The notes beneath the pieces are model-generated. The model saw nothing but the letters and a program-made list of their open reading frames with translations, did no database searches and was not told where the DNA came from. 53,007 bases of DNA from Acanthaster planci (Eukaryota), in contig NW_019091360.1 in the NCBI RefSeq assembly GCF_001949145.1, forward strand, positions 499,674 through 552,680, read 5' to 3'. The position numbers were made by a program, and so were the translations under genes. Below are positions 1 through 13,429 of the stretch, one piece after another; the first letter of the stretch is position 1; each line of letters begins with the position of its first letter.

Positions 1-301
1 GTGTCGGATGAACATACAAAAAGTAAGTGTTATAAAATAAGACATTACATAGAATTTCAAAAGGAAAATGAAAATTCATTTCTGTCATTGTTCACTTATT
101 GGGGCACTCTTCAAACTGTAACAAAACTGGAACCAAAAAATTATTATCAGGCTAAAAAACTGAAAATCTTGAATGTTGGTAGAAATGAAGTATGTTTCAT
201 GAGAATATATACCATAAGCTTCAAAATGATATATAATTTGTCAAATTTGGACCAGTTTGAAATTTTGGCCCAGAGGTTGATGTTTTTGTGGACCTGCCCT
301 G
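1..301. mobile_element. Terminal part of a probable non-autonomous Tc1/mariner-type DNA transposon
   Basis: Ends ...tttttgtggacctgccctg followed by TA (reverse complement TA|CAGGGCAGGTCCACAAAAA). The other end is outside the window. Confidence 0.35.
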
Positions 302-992
302 TAGTTACATACTGTACATGTACATGTATAGTGAGTGAATTAATGCTTTCTGATTTTTTGGGTCAAATATTACATTAAAAAAGTCAGATTTTAAGTCATA
401 CTGTCAAACATATCCAAACTTTTGGGTACAATGAGGCAACCATTTCACAAGTCAATATGGCTATTATCCTCTTCCTTGGTATTTAAGATTTGCAATATTC
501 TAATTCTCCTACAGTCATGTAGTCATGCCATTGATAGCTAAAATTGTCCTGAATCTTCATTACATGTTACTTATACAATACTTGTAGCCATGCATGCACA
601 GACACACACAATATTACATACATTACAAGGTTATAGGGACTACAGGCCTCACATGCAGGATTGTCGCCTTAAATCACTTGATTTATATGAACAATTTAAA
701 TCAAACGATTAAAACAATAGTTAAATCACTTTTTGCATAGAGCAAAACTGTTGCAATTTTTATATTATTTTTCAAGTGGTTTGTAAATTTTTCCAGATTT
801 GTAAATTTTAAATGGCACATAAACTCAAGCCACTTGTTTTGATTTGAATCAGCATTTTGGATTCAATGCCTGAATTTAATATTTGTCATCAACATTTAAT
901 TTGACTTGATTTAAAGTGTCCATCTCTGGGTTGAATATCGTAAAGTATCAGTGTACATCCATCTTTTATCTTGAGTAGTTTATTGGAATGAG

Positions 993-1700
993 CAGTGTTG
1001 TTGACTCAAGTCGCTGACTCATACTCAAGCCACTATTATTTTGACTTAAGACTTGACTGGGGAAAGAACAACTTGCGACTTGACTTAACTTGACAAAAAA
1101 TGACTCATGACTTGACAAAATCTGACTATACTGACAAGACTTACTCTTTTGGGGAACTTTTTCGGTTGGTAAAAAAAAATGAAGTTGGAATGGGCGGGAA
1201 TCACAAAGAAGTCATTAAATCTGCAGTTCAATATTGAACCCTTGGACCGCGCACCAACTTGCTTCTGCATCCATGTGTTTGGCGGCATGTCAAGATTGGT
1301 GACAATGCTGATATACAAAGCAATCTGCAATGGATGCATGTACATGTATGGTACACACAGTGCATGCATGGTTTTAACCTATCAGACATGCACTTCAGAA
1401 GATACCATGCTTTTACAGGGACACAATGGGCCGGAATCAAATTTGAGTCTATAGGACCACTAGCCTCCTTGCTACAACCATTACACAACACGCTGGTTCT
1501 TTTCACCAAAATGAATCTGCCTGCCAATTTCCAAGAGCATGACAATCACGCTCACATGCTTTCCCGATCACATGGTTGGCACATCACCAAAACAGTGGCC
1601 CCGATACAATGTGGCCCCAATTATATGTGTTGCATGTACAAAGTTCTTACCGCTATGGCTCTGACCGCTACAAGTTGAGTTGCCAGCATTAGCAGTGGAC
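993..1700 (+). mobile_element. Degenerate hAT-like transposon left end with BED zinc-finger remnant
   Basis: Starts CAGTGTTG, followed by many GACTTGA/GACTCAAG subterminal repeats (1003-1143). Frameshifted translation VWRHVKIG...KAICNGC...HFRRYH resembles a BED finger. Right boundary is approximate. Confidence 0.45.
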
Positions 1701-1759
1701 GGCACTGTTCTCATTATTGGCACATGCGATGTATGAACAATGTGACAAGCCTAACACCT

Positions 1760-2125
1760 TGCATGTGGCCCTGTGGTTAGGGTTTGTAGCTTATGATCAT
1801 AGGGTCGGTTTTGTACCCAGCTGGTGGCAGTGTGTTGTGATCCTGGGCAAGTCATTTTACCCCTATGTGCCCCTCTCTACCCAGGAGTAAATAGGTACCC
1901 ATGAGGGCAGACACGGTTATGTTTAGCTGTTTGTGTCTTGTTTGCAATGGAAGCACTGGGCTAGTATACTCCCAAGGGAGCTGAGATGGTTTCCGGAATG
2001 TTCAGATGATGTGAGCCTAATGTGCAGGCATAATGATAACATATCGGCACCTTTGAATTGCAGATATTGTTATATACTGTGGCCCTATAAATGCTTTGTA
2101 TTATTTAATTTATTTTTACTTATAT
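1760..2125 (+). mobile_element. tRNA-derived SINE with CORE-like central domain
   Basis: A-box-like GTGGCCCTGTGGTTAGG, then the typical GTGTTGTGATCCTGGGCAAGTCATTTTAC...CTCTCTACCCAGGAGTAAATAGGTACC core and an AT-rich (TTAT)n-like tail. Confidence 0.7.
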
Positions 2126-2466
2126 AACTCTTATGACATTGAACACTCTGACTCAGTCCTGTGTACTGTAAATGTGTTATCTTTATCAGTTTATTTCTGT
2201 TCCAGAAATGGGGAAGATGTCGTGTGTATGACATAAACTATGGGTACATGTACATGAAATAAGAGAGGGCTCAAAGATGGCAGCCTGTTACCCATGAGTT
2301 TAACAGGTTAAAATGAAGTGAATCTGTTCAAGTTACATGTATTTCCCTAACTAATGCTATCGAAGATACATGTCTAACAGTGACCCTTTTAAAGAACAGA
2401 CCGAGTTATAAATGTACCTGAATTAGATTTAATAGAAACAGCTAAAAAAATAATAATAATCCTTAC

Positions 2467-2629
2467 CCTCCCTCCACGATCTCGTAACCCTCCTGTTGTG
2501 TTCAAGAACAGTACTTTCATTGCTTGGACTGCTTTTGCTACTTCTGCTGTGGCATGTACAGCATCTATGCTGACCAGTTGAGAACTGCTTGTTTCTCCAA
2601 TAGAACTCAATACAGGAATATGGCCAGAA
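2467..2629 (-). CDS. NAGS: N-acetylglutamate synthase, coding exon 5 (SGHIPVLSSIGETSSSQLVSIDAVHATAEVAKAVQAMKVLFLNTTGGLRDRGGR)
   Basis: Matches vertebrate NAGS SGSIPILCPIGET...[20 protein letters not shown] as recalled. Acceptor ctcag|, donor AGG|gtaagg. 163 nt; completes the codon split by the preceding phase-2 intron. Confidence 0.93.
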
Positions 2630-2795
2630 CTGAGTGGATGCAATAAAATAACAATGAAGAAGGTTACCATAGTTAAACAGTGTGCCTGGAATCATACACA
2701 AATACTGGCATACATGTTTGCATGAAATGAGCCCACACTTGATTATAGTGCAACACACAAATTAAAAGCACAATGACAGCAAGTGAAGCTTGTAC

Positions 2796-2974
2796 CTGAT
2801 GCACCACTCAAGTGCTTCCTTGTTGACACAGGTAACCTTCCCCTTGGTCCCTCTTCCAATACTTTCAGCTCTGAGGACATTACTGCCAGAAAAGATGGGA
2901 TGTGCTGGAGCTCCACTAGCTTCTAGGAAATTCACCATTATCATTGTTTCTGTTGTGACTTGATGACGGCTATT
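2796..2974 (-). CDS. NAGS: N-acetylglutamate synthase, coding exon 4 (NSRHQVTTETMIMVNFLEASGAPAHPIFSGSNVLRAE...EALEWCI)
   Basis: Aligns with human [26 protein letters not shown]...DLLQWCL. Acceptor gtacag|, donor AG|gtacaa. 179 nt, phase 0 to 2. Confidence 0.9.
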
Positions 2975-3510
2975 CTGTACATTAACAAATTATCAGCTGG
3001 TCATAACTAGGTATAAAATGGTGCAGTTCATAGGTAAAAAGGTATGTACCAGTATACTTGTACTGGTATAATAGTACACATGCATACATGTGTACAGACT
3101 AGCAGGAGGAGACAACGGAGGAGGAGGGATAAGAGACAGTTCCCTCCCTCCCCCCAAGTCCATGCACTCCCCTTCCCTTCGAAATTAGAGAAGGAAAAAA
3201 ATCTGATGATACTCTGCCTTGGTTAATTTTTCAACTAAGACTGAACCCCTGTAGCAACTTGGCTACGCTACTATACATGTAGATTAGATGCCCTAATGTG
3301 CACCCACACGTACATGTACAGTACATGTAAAAGGCCACACATTGACATATTACATGTAGAAACAACTAACCAGCATTGTAAATGTTTAAGAAACTACGCA
3401 TAGTACTAGGGATAATCAATGGACACCCAAAACCTTTTGAACCTTAACCCAAGTCAGTACAGTATGTACTTACAAAAATCAATTTCTAATCACTTATAAT
3501 ACAGACAATT

Positions 3511-3678
3511 AGGGAAATTCACAATAGTGTCCCTCCAAAAGTTTGCAACGAGTTGGTCAATCACAATGCGCAAAATCTGTTGACCCAATGCATGTTTGGA
3601 AAGAGTCGACAGACTTTGCGTGTTGTGATTGACCAAAGCCCTGCAAACTCTTGGAGGCACACTATCGTGAATTTCCCA
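3511..3678. mobile_element. Palindromic MITE, ~170 bp
   Basis: GGGAAATTCACAATAGTGT..CCAAAAGTTTGCA at the left is mirrored by TGCAAACTCTTGGAGGCACACTATCGTGAATTTCCC at the right. A second, partial copy lies at ~50226-50350. Confidence 0.8.
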
Positions 3679-5260
3679 AATTTTACGGAAGAGTATGGGC
3701 ACATATATGTATGCAGGTTGATTCTACCAGAAAAAATGCTTGGAGTACCAAAGTACAGTGTACACCAGTACATGTACAGTGTATGTTGCCAATTACATTC
3801 CTTTGTTACAACAGATAAAAGGTAGTCAATGGATCATTACATCAGTAACTGAAATTGACTGATACTCTATTAACAACTGATAATGTATCACCAATTGCCT
3901 CATAGTCAGTTCAGTTGTATTAATATTCTACACAGGAAAATCAAAATGCACACAAGATAGAATAGAAATTGATAATTGATTGATAAGTAAAAAACTGGTA
4001 ATGTATCATTTGTCACTGATACTACATGTACATGTATATCAACTGACCAATAATGGATAAGTATGGGGGAGAAGATAAGATAAAAAATTACTCATGCCAT
4101 TTTTAGTATGCACACATACAATGTAAGCTCCAGTGTCTCAAAGTCTCCCAATTGGGAAGGGATGGGCAGCTACCTGTAGCACTAAACTTGCCTCATTGGT
4201 AGATCAGGCAGTTATTGGACATAAACGTGTTGGGTTTACCAGAATTGAATCTGTACTGTCTGTGCTTTTTCAAAATATTCGTCTTCTTTTCCATGTACCT
4301 TTGAAAGAATATGATGTCCTGCAACAACTAAATATGCTTGTGAGCACATCATACTGCCATGCACCCATCAAACCACTGAACTGCTAAGCATAAATGTATA
4401 CATGCGTGTCATGTCCGAGTCAATCGTTGCAAATCAAGAACCACACAATTAGAATAAGACTCCCAGGCATCCCTCAATGGTCATAACTTCTGTATGTGAC
4501 TGATATCTTTAAAATCCTATGTCTCAGACAATGCTTGTCTTTGGAGTTGTTTATTAAAAGGATGATTGCTGTGTGAATCTCAAATGACGATAACTTTTAA
4601 CACTGCGTAACTTAAGCTTCCACAAAAAATACAATCATTTCCGCCCCTAGGCATCATAAAGCATACGTATTTCAAAGGTGTTGTATTCCTGGGCAACTTC
4701 TGAACATCCAAAAGTCGAAAACATTTAATTTAATAATAGTATCATAATAATGCAACATTCTTCTCAGCCAGTCCTTTCGAAAAAATGCTCTCTGGGCTCT
4801 GTGTCAATCTCAAGAGGAGATACCTCACACCAGCTTTCATGTATCTGCAACTGCGGCAAGATGTAATACAACGGGACTTAACTATAAGGGTCATTAGCAT
4901 TTGTTTTACTCCACCACTGTAATGCTGTGGGATGTACTACATGTACGGTACATGTAAGTTTCCATGTTGTGAGATAACATTATTAACCACTAGAATACAT
5001 CTGGAAGTTTTAGCCAATTTTGTTCCATTTTGAGCAGCAAGATAATTAATTGAAACTTGGTATGATCTCATAAAGCCACTTAATTAATACATGAATTTGT
5101 AAACTTAAATTAGTCTGTTGCATAATAATAATGTACAACTGTGCTACGTCGAGCAATAGCGACAATGTACACGGGGACGGATCGATCGCAGTACATTTTC
5201 AGTCACAGTTTATTAGATCATATTTGTCTCATTTTAAAAGTAATGTTGATTTTACTGCGA

Positions 5261-5372
5261 TTTCCAGGAATTTCCAGGACTTCTGTTGAAAATTAAGCAT
5301 TTTCCAGGACTTTCCAGGGTGGGTATAAACTTCCAGGATTTTCCAGGTTTTCCAGGAGGCGTGCCAACCCTG
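5261..5372. repeat. Subterminal TTTCCAGGA repeats and probable terminus of a hAT-like element
   Basis: About seven TTCCAGG units ending in GCCAACCCTG (reverse complement CAGGGTTGGC). Confidence 0.55.
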
Positions 5373-6129
5373 ATCCATTGACAAGTGTTATGTTCTTGGT
5401 TAGAGTTTTTAACTACGTTTAGCAAGTACATTATCTGTCAATAGAAGTGTTGTGTCCATGATGGAAATAGCTGAATTCGCATCGCAAAATGTGATACATT
5501 TTGCGCAAAAAGCAAGACAAATATGAAACTGATGTGCAAGTTTTGCGAATGGAAATTTCATTTAAAATCATGCATGCGACAAGCTCCCGGTGCAGATTGG
5601 AAACCGGCCCCTCTTACAGTGACCGCTGATCAGTGCAATTTGTAGTGATGTACATGTACCACATTTCCCTTTTCTTGTTTAATATTTTACAAATGTTTAA
5701 GTCACCAACCGATCTAGGTCAAATGTAGAAATGGCATCCAAAAAAATCACGAGCAGGGACTTGCTGACAGCATTTTTTTTGGCTAATTTTCCCCTTGATT
5801 CTGTAAAAAAATTGTTTCTCCACTCAATTTTTGGCCAGAGCCATAACCAACAACCATGCTATACCATACCTGTGTCTTGTTTCAGTGTTTAGTCTTGGTG
5901 TACACATCAGTGGATATTAAAACTGTATACCACGGTATAATGGTACTGAATTAAGCCCACTTACTTTTTCCTGGTAAATGTCATCATAATGCTAATCAAA
6001 GGACAATACGATTAGCAAATTTGTTAATTTTATTTTCTTATTTCCATCACTGTGTGTCTATAGTGCACCCTCTATGGACAGAAGGCAGTGGTCCGCCATA
6101 TTGTATGAAAGTGCAATGAAGATCAAAAA

Positions 6130-8330
6130 TGTCCCACCTTCCACCTCCACTTGTACATGTACAAGTCCCAGGAACTCCTCCAGTACTGTGGAAGCAGTAG
6201 AAGGGTCTTTCTGAGATGTACATGGTTGCTTCTGGGCAGATGATTGCCAATACTGCTACACTGCCTGGGTCCCAAAGGGCAATGAATCTTTGACACATTT
6301 GTGATACTCTCACATACACAGAGGTAATTACACGCCTAGGTTCAAACTTCTTACCTGCAATAAACATTGTTGCTGAACAGTAGCATTCAGACTGCAGGCT
6401 CAATATTAAGATGAATCAGTGGATGAATATGTTAGTACCTTACGTTCTTTGGCTGTGACATGTACATGTAGGATCTGCAGGATGGAATGATCTGTGATCA
6501 ACTGGTAGAAAAGACATATTCCGACAACATTCATGAGCACCTACTTTTGGAATTGGCATTGACTTTGACTTCAGCACTTACGGTACCTTGTGTAGCCAGA
6601 TGGAATATGGCATGAGAGAGTCACAATCACTTCCACAAACTGTGGCCGGAGCTTCACATGCAGAAAATACAATGAATGCTACATACAAGCTTGAGTCAGG
6701 CAAAGGCACTATCGGAACAAAGGCTAGTAAGCCAAAAAACTCAATCTATGAACAGGCCAACTACAATGTAAGTGCACCAAATCCAGGCCTCACAAAATAC
6801 AGTATTTTCGTTGCACCATTAGTGCTCCTGATCACAAAGTCAACTCACCTACATGTACATGTACCTACCCATGCAGCCATCAATGCTGTCTGCTCAAGCT
6901 GTTCAAAGAAAGGACATTATGCACAAGTCTGCAAATCTTCTGCTCGAGTTGCTTGCTGTACTGTCAGAGTAGGTGAACCAGATGATGAAGATCCTTACGA
7001 CTGGGACACCACATGGCTCGCAACCTGACATGCGATCTCAGACTTAATTGGCTGTGACACTTGCCAGTCATTCATTATTGATACTGGCTCACCGGTATTG
7101 ATCTTGCTAGTATCCCTCTTTGATACATAATTTGCTTGTGAGGCTCTACAATCAAACTCATAACTTACCTGCATGAGCCCATCAAAGTTCTAGGATGTCT
7201 GAATACTACAGTTCGTTTTGCTGGTTCCATGTTGTCCCGTGTAACGTGTGACTTCTACATAGTTGACACTGGTGATCCAATAGTGGGTACTGGACCTCAT
7301 CCAGTCACTCGAGCTCCCTCTGTCTGGTGACAAAGTGACAAAGTCTGTGCATACAGACAATGACGCACAAACTCTGGACTCCTCTAAGCCGCCCTGCACA
7401 CCACATGTCAGTGGATATGCAGTATCAGTGCAAGCTGATTTTCCCAAAGTTATTTGAGCCCCAGGTCAGTACAGCCCACGGTTTTGTATACAGCATAAAG
7501 GAGTGCTACTTCAGTTCAACAGAGAAAATACTGACTACCATTTGATGTACCGGTACATGTACACGACAAAGTGAAGGTAGAGCTTTTGTGCTTGGAGACA
7601 GTGGGTATCATCAAACACATAAAAGCAAGTGAGTGGGTTTCTCCAACTACTGCGCCGTACAAGAAGTCAGCAGACATTCGCTTGTGCATAGACCTCGGTC
7701 ATGTCAATCGAGCCATTGTCACTGACTGATTTCCACTTTCGGATATTCAAGACTTATTTGTTGAGCTATATGTGCATGTATGCCATGCCAAGGTTTTCAG
7801 CACATTGAACGTAGTAGAAGAGTTATGTGACTTGACAGCATTCATAATGCACGAAGGATTCTTTCAATTCAAACATGTCTATTTTCGGATTGGCATCTGC
7901 ACCTGTAGCTTTCCAAAAGCTCATGGCATCATTACCTCAGGGACTGCCAGGCATACAATGCTACCTGGATTACATGGTTGTGCTTGCAACCAGGTTGAAC
8001 ACAACCGCAACCTTCGCTCTGCACTCAAATGCATCCAGTTGCTAGTTGGCCCAATCGATGCTATAAATAACACAATGTCCCCTTGTGATGCAGCTCAGAT
8101 GCACTTATTTTTTGGATTAGCATCTTATTACACAAGAGTTTTTCCCGACTTCTCCTCCTTGGTTGAGCCACTGCTTACCATGACACCCAAGGGTGCAGAA
8201 ATCGTCTGGACGGAGGGAGCCAATGTTGTAGTCAAGACACTTAAGATCACACGAAACCAGCACAAGACCAACACAACACCCTCCAGTTTGAATTCACAAG
8301 TCACAAACTATTCAAATGAACTGTAACTTA
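6130..8330 (+). mobile_element. Degenerate Ty3/Gypsy retrotransposon (gag, protease and RT remnants)
   Basis: Gag motif NIVAE...DESVDEYVSTLRSLAVTC, zinc knuckle CSSCSKKGHYAQVCKS, protease IIDTGS, RT SEWVSP...KKSADIRLCIDL and post-RT FFGLASYY..FPDFSSLVEPL. Many stops and frameshifts. Confidence 0.85.
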
Positions 8331-8760
8331 AGCATTCCTTTGCCATTGTTCACACTGTTACCTGGTACTAGTGGCTGGTTTGTGTTTGGTCTTGGTGGTC
8401 CCTGTAATGTTTCTTGTTAACAGACATACACGAATATAAGGAAAGGACAGACTGTATCTACGTAAACTAACTCTGTGTCTCCAGTCATGTTTTTTCATGC
8501 AGTTGGTTGCCTTCCCACGATGCACTTGTGGGTGTTCTAATGAAAAGTATTCCCCAAATGATGTGCTATGATATATCGTTCTCAGGATACTGCATCCCTC
8601 CCTAAGTTAAATGTAGGTTGACATATCCATTACAGGTCAATTATACACTTATAAATCCCGACCTGCTGAATAGTTATAACTATTATAAAGGGAAGCCACA
8701 TAAAGTCCAGTTCTGGCATATTGTTCCTTGATCTAAGCCAAGGGTTGATCAGTCTATTTA

Positions 8761-10395
8761 GGGACGGCATCAAAAATACAGAGACCCTTCGCACCCCTAC
8801 GAACGCCAGGAACGCATTCTTTTGTTCAAGCTTCTCCACTTGGCACTCGTGAGAACGGCCCTCCCGTTCCCTTGCGTTCCTCTACAACAAAAGACCTGTC
8901 AGGGTCTGTGCACACAGCAAGATGTTGTGGCCCCCATGGTGGCATAAAACCTATGCGAAGAAAATGTGAAGTCCCTGAAACAAGAATGGTGTTCTAACAA
9001 CCGTCCATGGATAGAAAATAAAATTCTCGGTGAACAGTGAACGGCGGGAAAATTAAATGTTGTGTCACCCTTCTGCTTAAGACATTTCTTTTTAATTCTC
9101 TGATGTAGAGTACTTAAACGCTGCATTCCACAAAGTAATCCTTTCTTCTTATCAGCAAAAAGATATATAATGTATAAAGTTTTGAGAGGGGGGGGCGGTG
9201 TGTTTGTTATGGAGCAGAAAGATCTTTCCAGCCTTTGAGGTTAGCCGATCGCGCCATTATTTATTTTCGGTATGTGGAGCCTGCCAATACTGAACTTGAA
9301 AAAAAAAACATTAAGCGCTTGCAATGTCAGCACTCTTTGCACTAGAATTAGGGGAAGAATTTTGAGCCCTGCCGATCGCATTATGTTTCATTCCAGGTTG
9401 TATCCCTCCCTATCAGAGCGCATTATCGCCTTCACAAATTTATTCTACCATTGCAGAGTTCTGTCATTGAGATCTAGGCAAAAACATTTCAGCCCCCAAC
9501 TGGCTGCTCTTTTTGGTCAACACACACAAATAACTCTGGGACTGCGCAAGTGTATCCTACCAATGGCTGTTTTACTTGTAAAGAATCAACTTAGTAATTG
9601 GCTGAGGACGTACGATCGCTGTATCTGCCCCGAACGGCATCTTTACAGAGAGCCTGCATGACCCAAATACTTAAAAAGATACATTGTGTCTAATGGAACA
9701 ATAGAGCTGTCAATCACTCCTCAGAAGACTTATTTTCCTGCAGAGCTGGGGTGGATTTATTCTAGAATTTTTTTTATCTTNNNNNNNNNNNNNNNNNNNN
9801 NNNNNNNNNNNNNNNNNNNNNNNNNNNNNNNNNNNNNNNNNNNNNNNNNNNNNNNNNNNNNNNNNNNNNNNNNNNNNNNNNNNNNNNNNNNNNNNNNNNN
9901 NNNNNNNNNNNNNNNNNNNNNNNNNNNNNNNNNNNNNNNNNNNNNNNNNNNNNNNNNNNNNNNNNNNNNNNNNNNNNNNNNNNNNNNNNNNNNNNNNNNN
10001 NNNNNNNNNNNNNNNNNNNNNNNNNNNNNNNNNNNNNNNNNNNNNNNNNNNNNNNNNNNNNNNNNNNNNNNNNNNNNNNNNNNNNNNNNNNNNNNNNNNN
10101 NNNNNNNNNNNNNNNNNNNNNNNNNNNNNNNNNNNNNNNNNNNNNNNNNNNNNNNNNNNNNNNNNNNNNNNNNNNNNNNNNNNNNNNNNNNNNNNNNNNN
10201 NNNNNNNNNNNNNNNNNNNNNNNNNNNNNNNNNNNNNNNNNNNNNNNNNNNNNNNNNNNNNNNNNNNNNNNNNNNNNNCCGGCAGGAACGCATTCCGAAG
10301 TGCTCTTCGGAACGGGGTGAACGGGAAGGCGTGCAGAACGGAAGGGAACGCGTGCAGACGCGTGCAAACGGTCTCTGTATTTTTGATCCCGACCC
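8761..10395. mobile_element. Non-autonomous TIR DNA transposon (PIF/Harbinger- or Kolobok-like) spanning an assembly gap
   Basis: Left TTA|GGGACGGCATCAAAAATACAGAGACC; right GGTCTCTGTATTTTTGATCCCGACCC|TTA. GAACG/CGTTC subterminal repeats at both ends. Confidence 0.75.
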
Positions 10396-10949
10396 TTAAT
10401 CACACAATCCTCAAGATAATTTGAGTACATGTTCATGTATTTTCGGTGAAAAATGCATTTGGATGAAACTAAAAGATGGAATTGGAAATAAAGCTGAAAG
10501 GTTTATCTGGGAATGGCAAAGTTACCTCAGGGTTTCAAAGGTTTTTGACAGAATTTTTTTTCAGTGACAGACGTCATTTTTCATTCAGAGGTTGTTAAAA
10601 CCAGAAGAATATAGCTCACAAGCAAATATATCAAACAAAGGGGTACATGCATAAAAGTCGCAGGGCTAGCAAAGTATCAGCAAATTTGGTAGTTTGAGGG
10701 GACATTGTTTGCAAAACCGCATGGCAGGGACTTTGATGTGCCGGTGAGGGTGGCTCTATTGTTACGCTCCTGGTCAACACTTGGGCAGTGTATGGTTCCA
10801 TTGTATGAAAAACCATGTGGGCTTTTTTTGAATGCTTTACAAGGGTTCCTATTGCTTAGTGTTGAGTGCAAAAAACGTGAAAGGGGTTTCTTCCAGGTTA
10901 GATTGTGCCAGTCAAACAACAAATAATAGACTCTAGGATGGATGAGTGT

Positions 10950-12160
10950 TTGATCAACCACTAGACCAGTCTCCAAGTCCGGTAGCTGGTACGGTATGGG
11001 AGGTGTTTTTGCCACCGGACTAGCTTACCGGGGGCCCCTTCCCTTACCGGATCTAAATGGTCACTGTACCTCAGCAATGTAGGATCACATGAAGTCGCTG
11101 CTTGACATTGGCAATGCTCGTTGCACATGGAACTGATGTTGTCACCGCAAAGTTGACATATTGCTCTGCGATTTTCTGTTCGCGAGTACCATTGTTGGAC
11201 ATCGGGCAATCCACTCGCCCAATATGTAATCTGCTGGGTTTGCATCGCCAGGACCGTACTGGATGGTGAATTTGTATGGTTGGAGTCAGAGACCCCACCT
11301 CTTAATGCGTAGTGGAGGGCATGGCTTTTGCCAGATGGTCACAAGGGGCTTGTGGTAAGTGGTTACCACAAAGTGTGGGGTCCCATGAAGGTACATGTCA
11401 AAATGTTCACATGCACATACAATGGCAAGGGCTTCAAGCTCTGTATGGCTATACAGGGATTCAACGGGCATCAAGGCATGGCTCGCATAAGCAACAACTC
11501 GTCCCTCCTGTGTAAGTTTTGCCCCAGGCCAACAGGGCTATCATCCGCTACGACTTGAATGTCCTAGTGGATACCGAAGTATGCAGTGTTTGCATCCTCA
11601 AACAGATAATTCTTCAGCATATCAAAGGCATTCAGTTGTTCTGGAGACAAGACCCATGGTGTCTCTTTCTTGGTAAGTCTTCGTAGGGGTGTTGTGATCA
11701 TGGCACAGTTGCGTACAAACCGGGCGCTGTAGTTTGTCATCCTGAGGAAACTACAAAGTGCCTGCATGTTTGTTGGTGGTGGCATCTTGTGTATTGCAGC
11801 AAATTTGTCTGAATCGGGTGAGACACCATCTTGTGTAAAGACAAGTCCGAAGAACTTGATCAAGCTTTGGTTGAATTCACACTTGTCCCAATTGACCGTA
11901 AGTCCGTGGTTGTTCAGGCATTTCAGGCATCAAGTGCAATATCGTGGTCGCGCTGTGTATTTGGTTCGCATCCATAGCAGATGATGCCATCGCTGATATT
12001 TCGCACTCCATCAATGCCAGAAATGACATTGCGCATTGTCTCTTGGCAGATCTCGCTCACTGAAGAGATTCCAAAGTTCAAGCGTTTGTACCGATAGAGT
12101 CCCATGTGCGTGGATGGTTGTGATATAGCGCGAACTTTGCGAGCTGGTGATAACCCGTGT
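10950..12160 (-). mobile_element. Degenerate Ty3/Gypsy pol fragment (RT, RNase H and start of integrase region)
   Basis: GLYRYKRLNFGISS..EI.Q..M; FFGLVFTQDGVSPD; FL.MTNYSARFV; YSHTELEALAIVCACEHFDMYLHG...HKPL...RIKRW. Confidence 0.9.
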
Positions 12161-13076
12161 TATTAGAAGTTGTGGCTAAAATTAATTATGAATTTGTCAA
12201 CCAACATAAATGCAAAAAGCGTGCTCAGAAAGACAGCCAAAAAAATTATTGTTTCAAAGTGGCAGGAACAGACATCAGTTAAAGCATCTATGACGCATTC
12301 CAACATAGGGGGAGAAATGGAAATCTTTTTTCATCCCGGGTGGAGTCAATGTGCACCCTCTGTTAACTTTGAAGTTAAAAAATCCTTTGTACATACATAC
12401 ATGAAGCACGTGTTTGAAGAGGGGGAGATACATGTAAACCTTTTAAAGACAGCCTGCTACTGATATAAAAATGCTGAATTTCTTCAACAGACACTGGTGA
12501 CAAGTCGTTGTCATGACTAATAGAACGATCTCCAGCTAGATGCATTAGACTTTTGAGTGATTTCTGCAATGGCAGCTGTAAGCACGTCCTGTATTTAATC
12601 AGCTACCTGACTTGTGGAAGAGATGAAGTGGGGTCATAACTTGGACTGCCTTGGTCTGGCGTGAGTGTTCCATTTGATGCGGATGAGACGTTCCTTGCGA
12701 CAGTCCTTTTAAGCACTGCCAAATGCTTGCTCCAGGAAATTGCCCTGTGCAAGGGATTAAGTACAACAGTAATCACGCGCATATCCAATGCTTGCTTGAT
12801 AACAGGGATACCGGTTTTCAAGCAAAAGCGAGAGCTGGGTTTTCAAATGTAAACAAATTGACCACAAAGTTCATGACTTGCTGTGTCATGCTCTGGAAAT
12901 CAGACTTGATGACTGTATCCTTCGTCAGCAAGGATACAGTCAACCTCAGGGGAGTCAGATTGGCGTAGTGGTTCTTTCCTTGTCTTCCACTGCAGTCTGG
13001 GTTCGAATCTCGGCCCAGTCCACTTATGGATTGGGTTTTCAGTCCCTACCTGATTCCATAAGTTTGTTTCTGCATT

Positions 13077-13222
13077 CAATTGGGGACCCTGAACAATAGA
13101 GGACAATAAGGTCCCCGATTGACAGAGGGTCCCCGATTGACAACTTTGTACAAAACATATGGATGGTCTTCTAAAACAGTTAAAGTACAAACAAAAGAGG
13201 AACAATTGGGGGTCCCCAATTG
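13077..13222. mobile_element. Small MITE-like inverted repeat element
   Basis: CAATTGGGGACCC ... GGGTCCCCAATTG termini, with two internal GGTCCCCGATTGACA direct repeats. Confidence 0.55.
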
Positions 13223-13429
13223 CAGGCAAATACACACTTGTGTGGGTTGTATGCAGAATATTCCTCTGGAGTTTTCCTCCCTCTTCTAAAACGGTAACTG
13301 CTTCCCACTGTACCTTCTGTACAGATTTCTTCAGGCTTTTGAGCTACAGTGCCTAGGGCACTTTTGAGGAATCCTTGGTGTCATTACCAGAAATGATTAA
13401 CAATAATTTTCACAGTCCTTGAAGGAGCC

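Noticed and set aside
1..2466. Next NAGS exon (expected V..NVNLP..)
   Set aside because: No matching minus-strand sequence was found. MNLPANF at ~1511 is on the wrong strand, so the exon is probably outside the window.
9686..10436. Long ORFs spanning N runs (also 14316-15166 and 27211-27831)
   Set aside because: Their length comes from assembly gaps; only the minus-strand Tc1 remnants are recognisable.
12480..13000. Possible additional retroelement coding remnant on the minus strand
   Set aside because: No motif could be assigned confidently.
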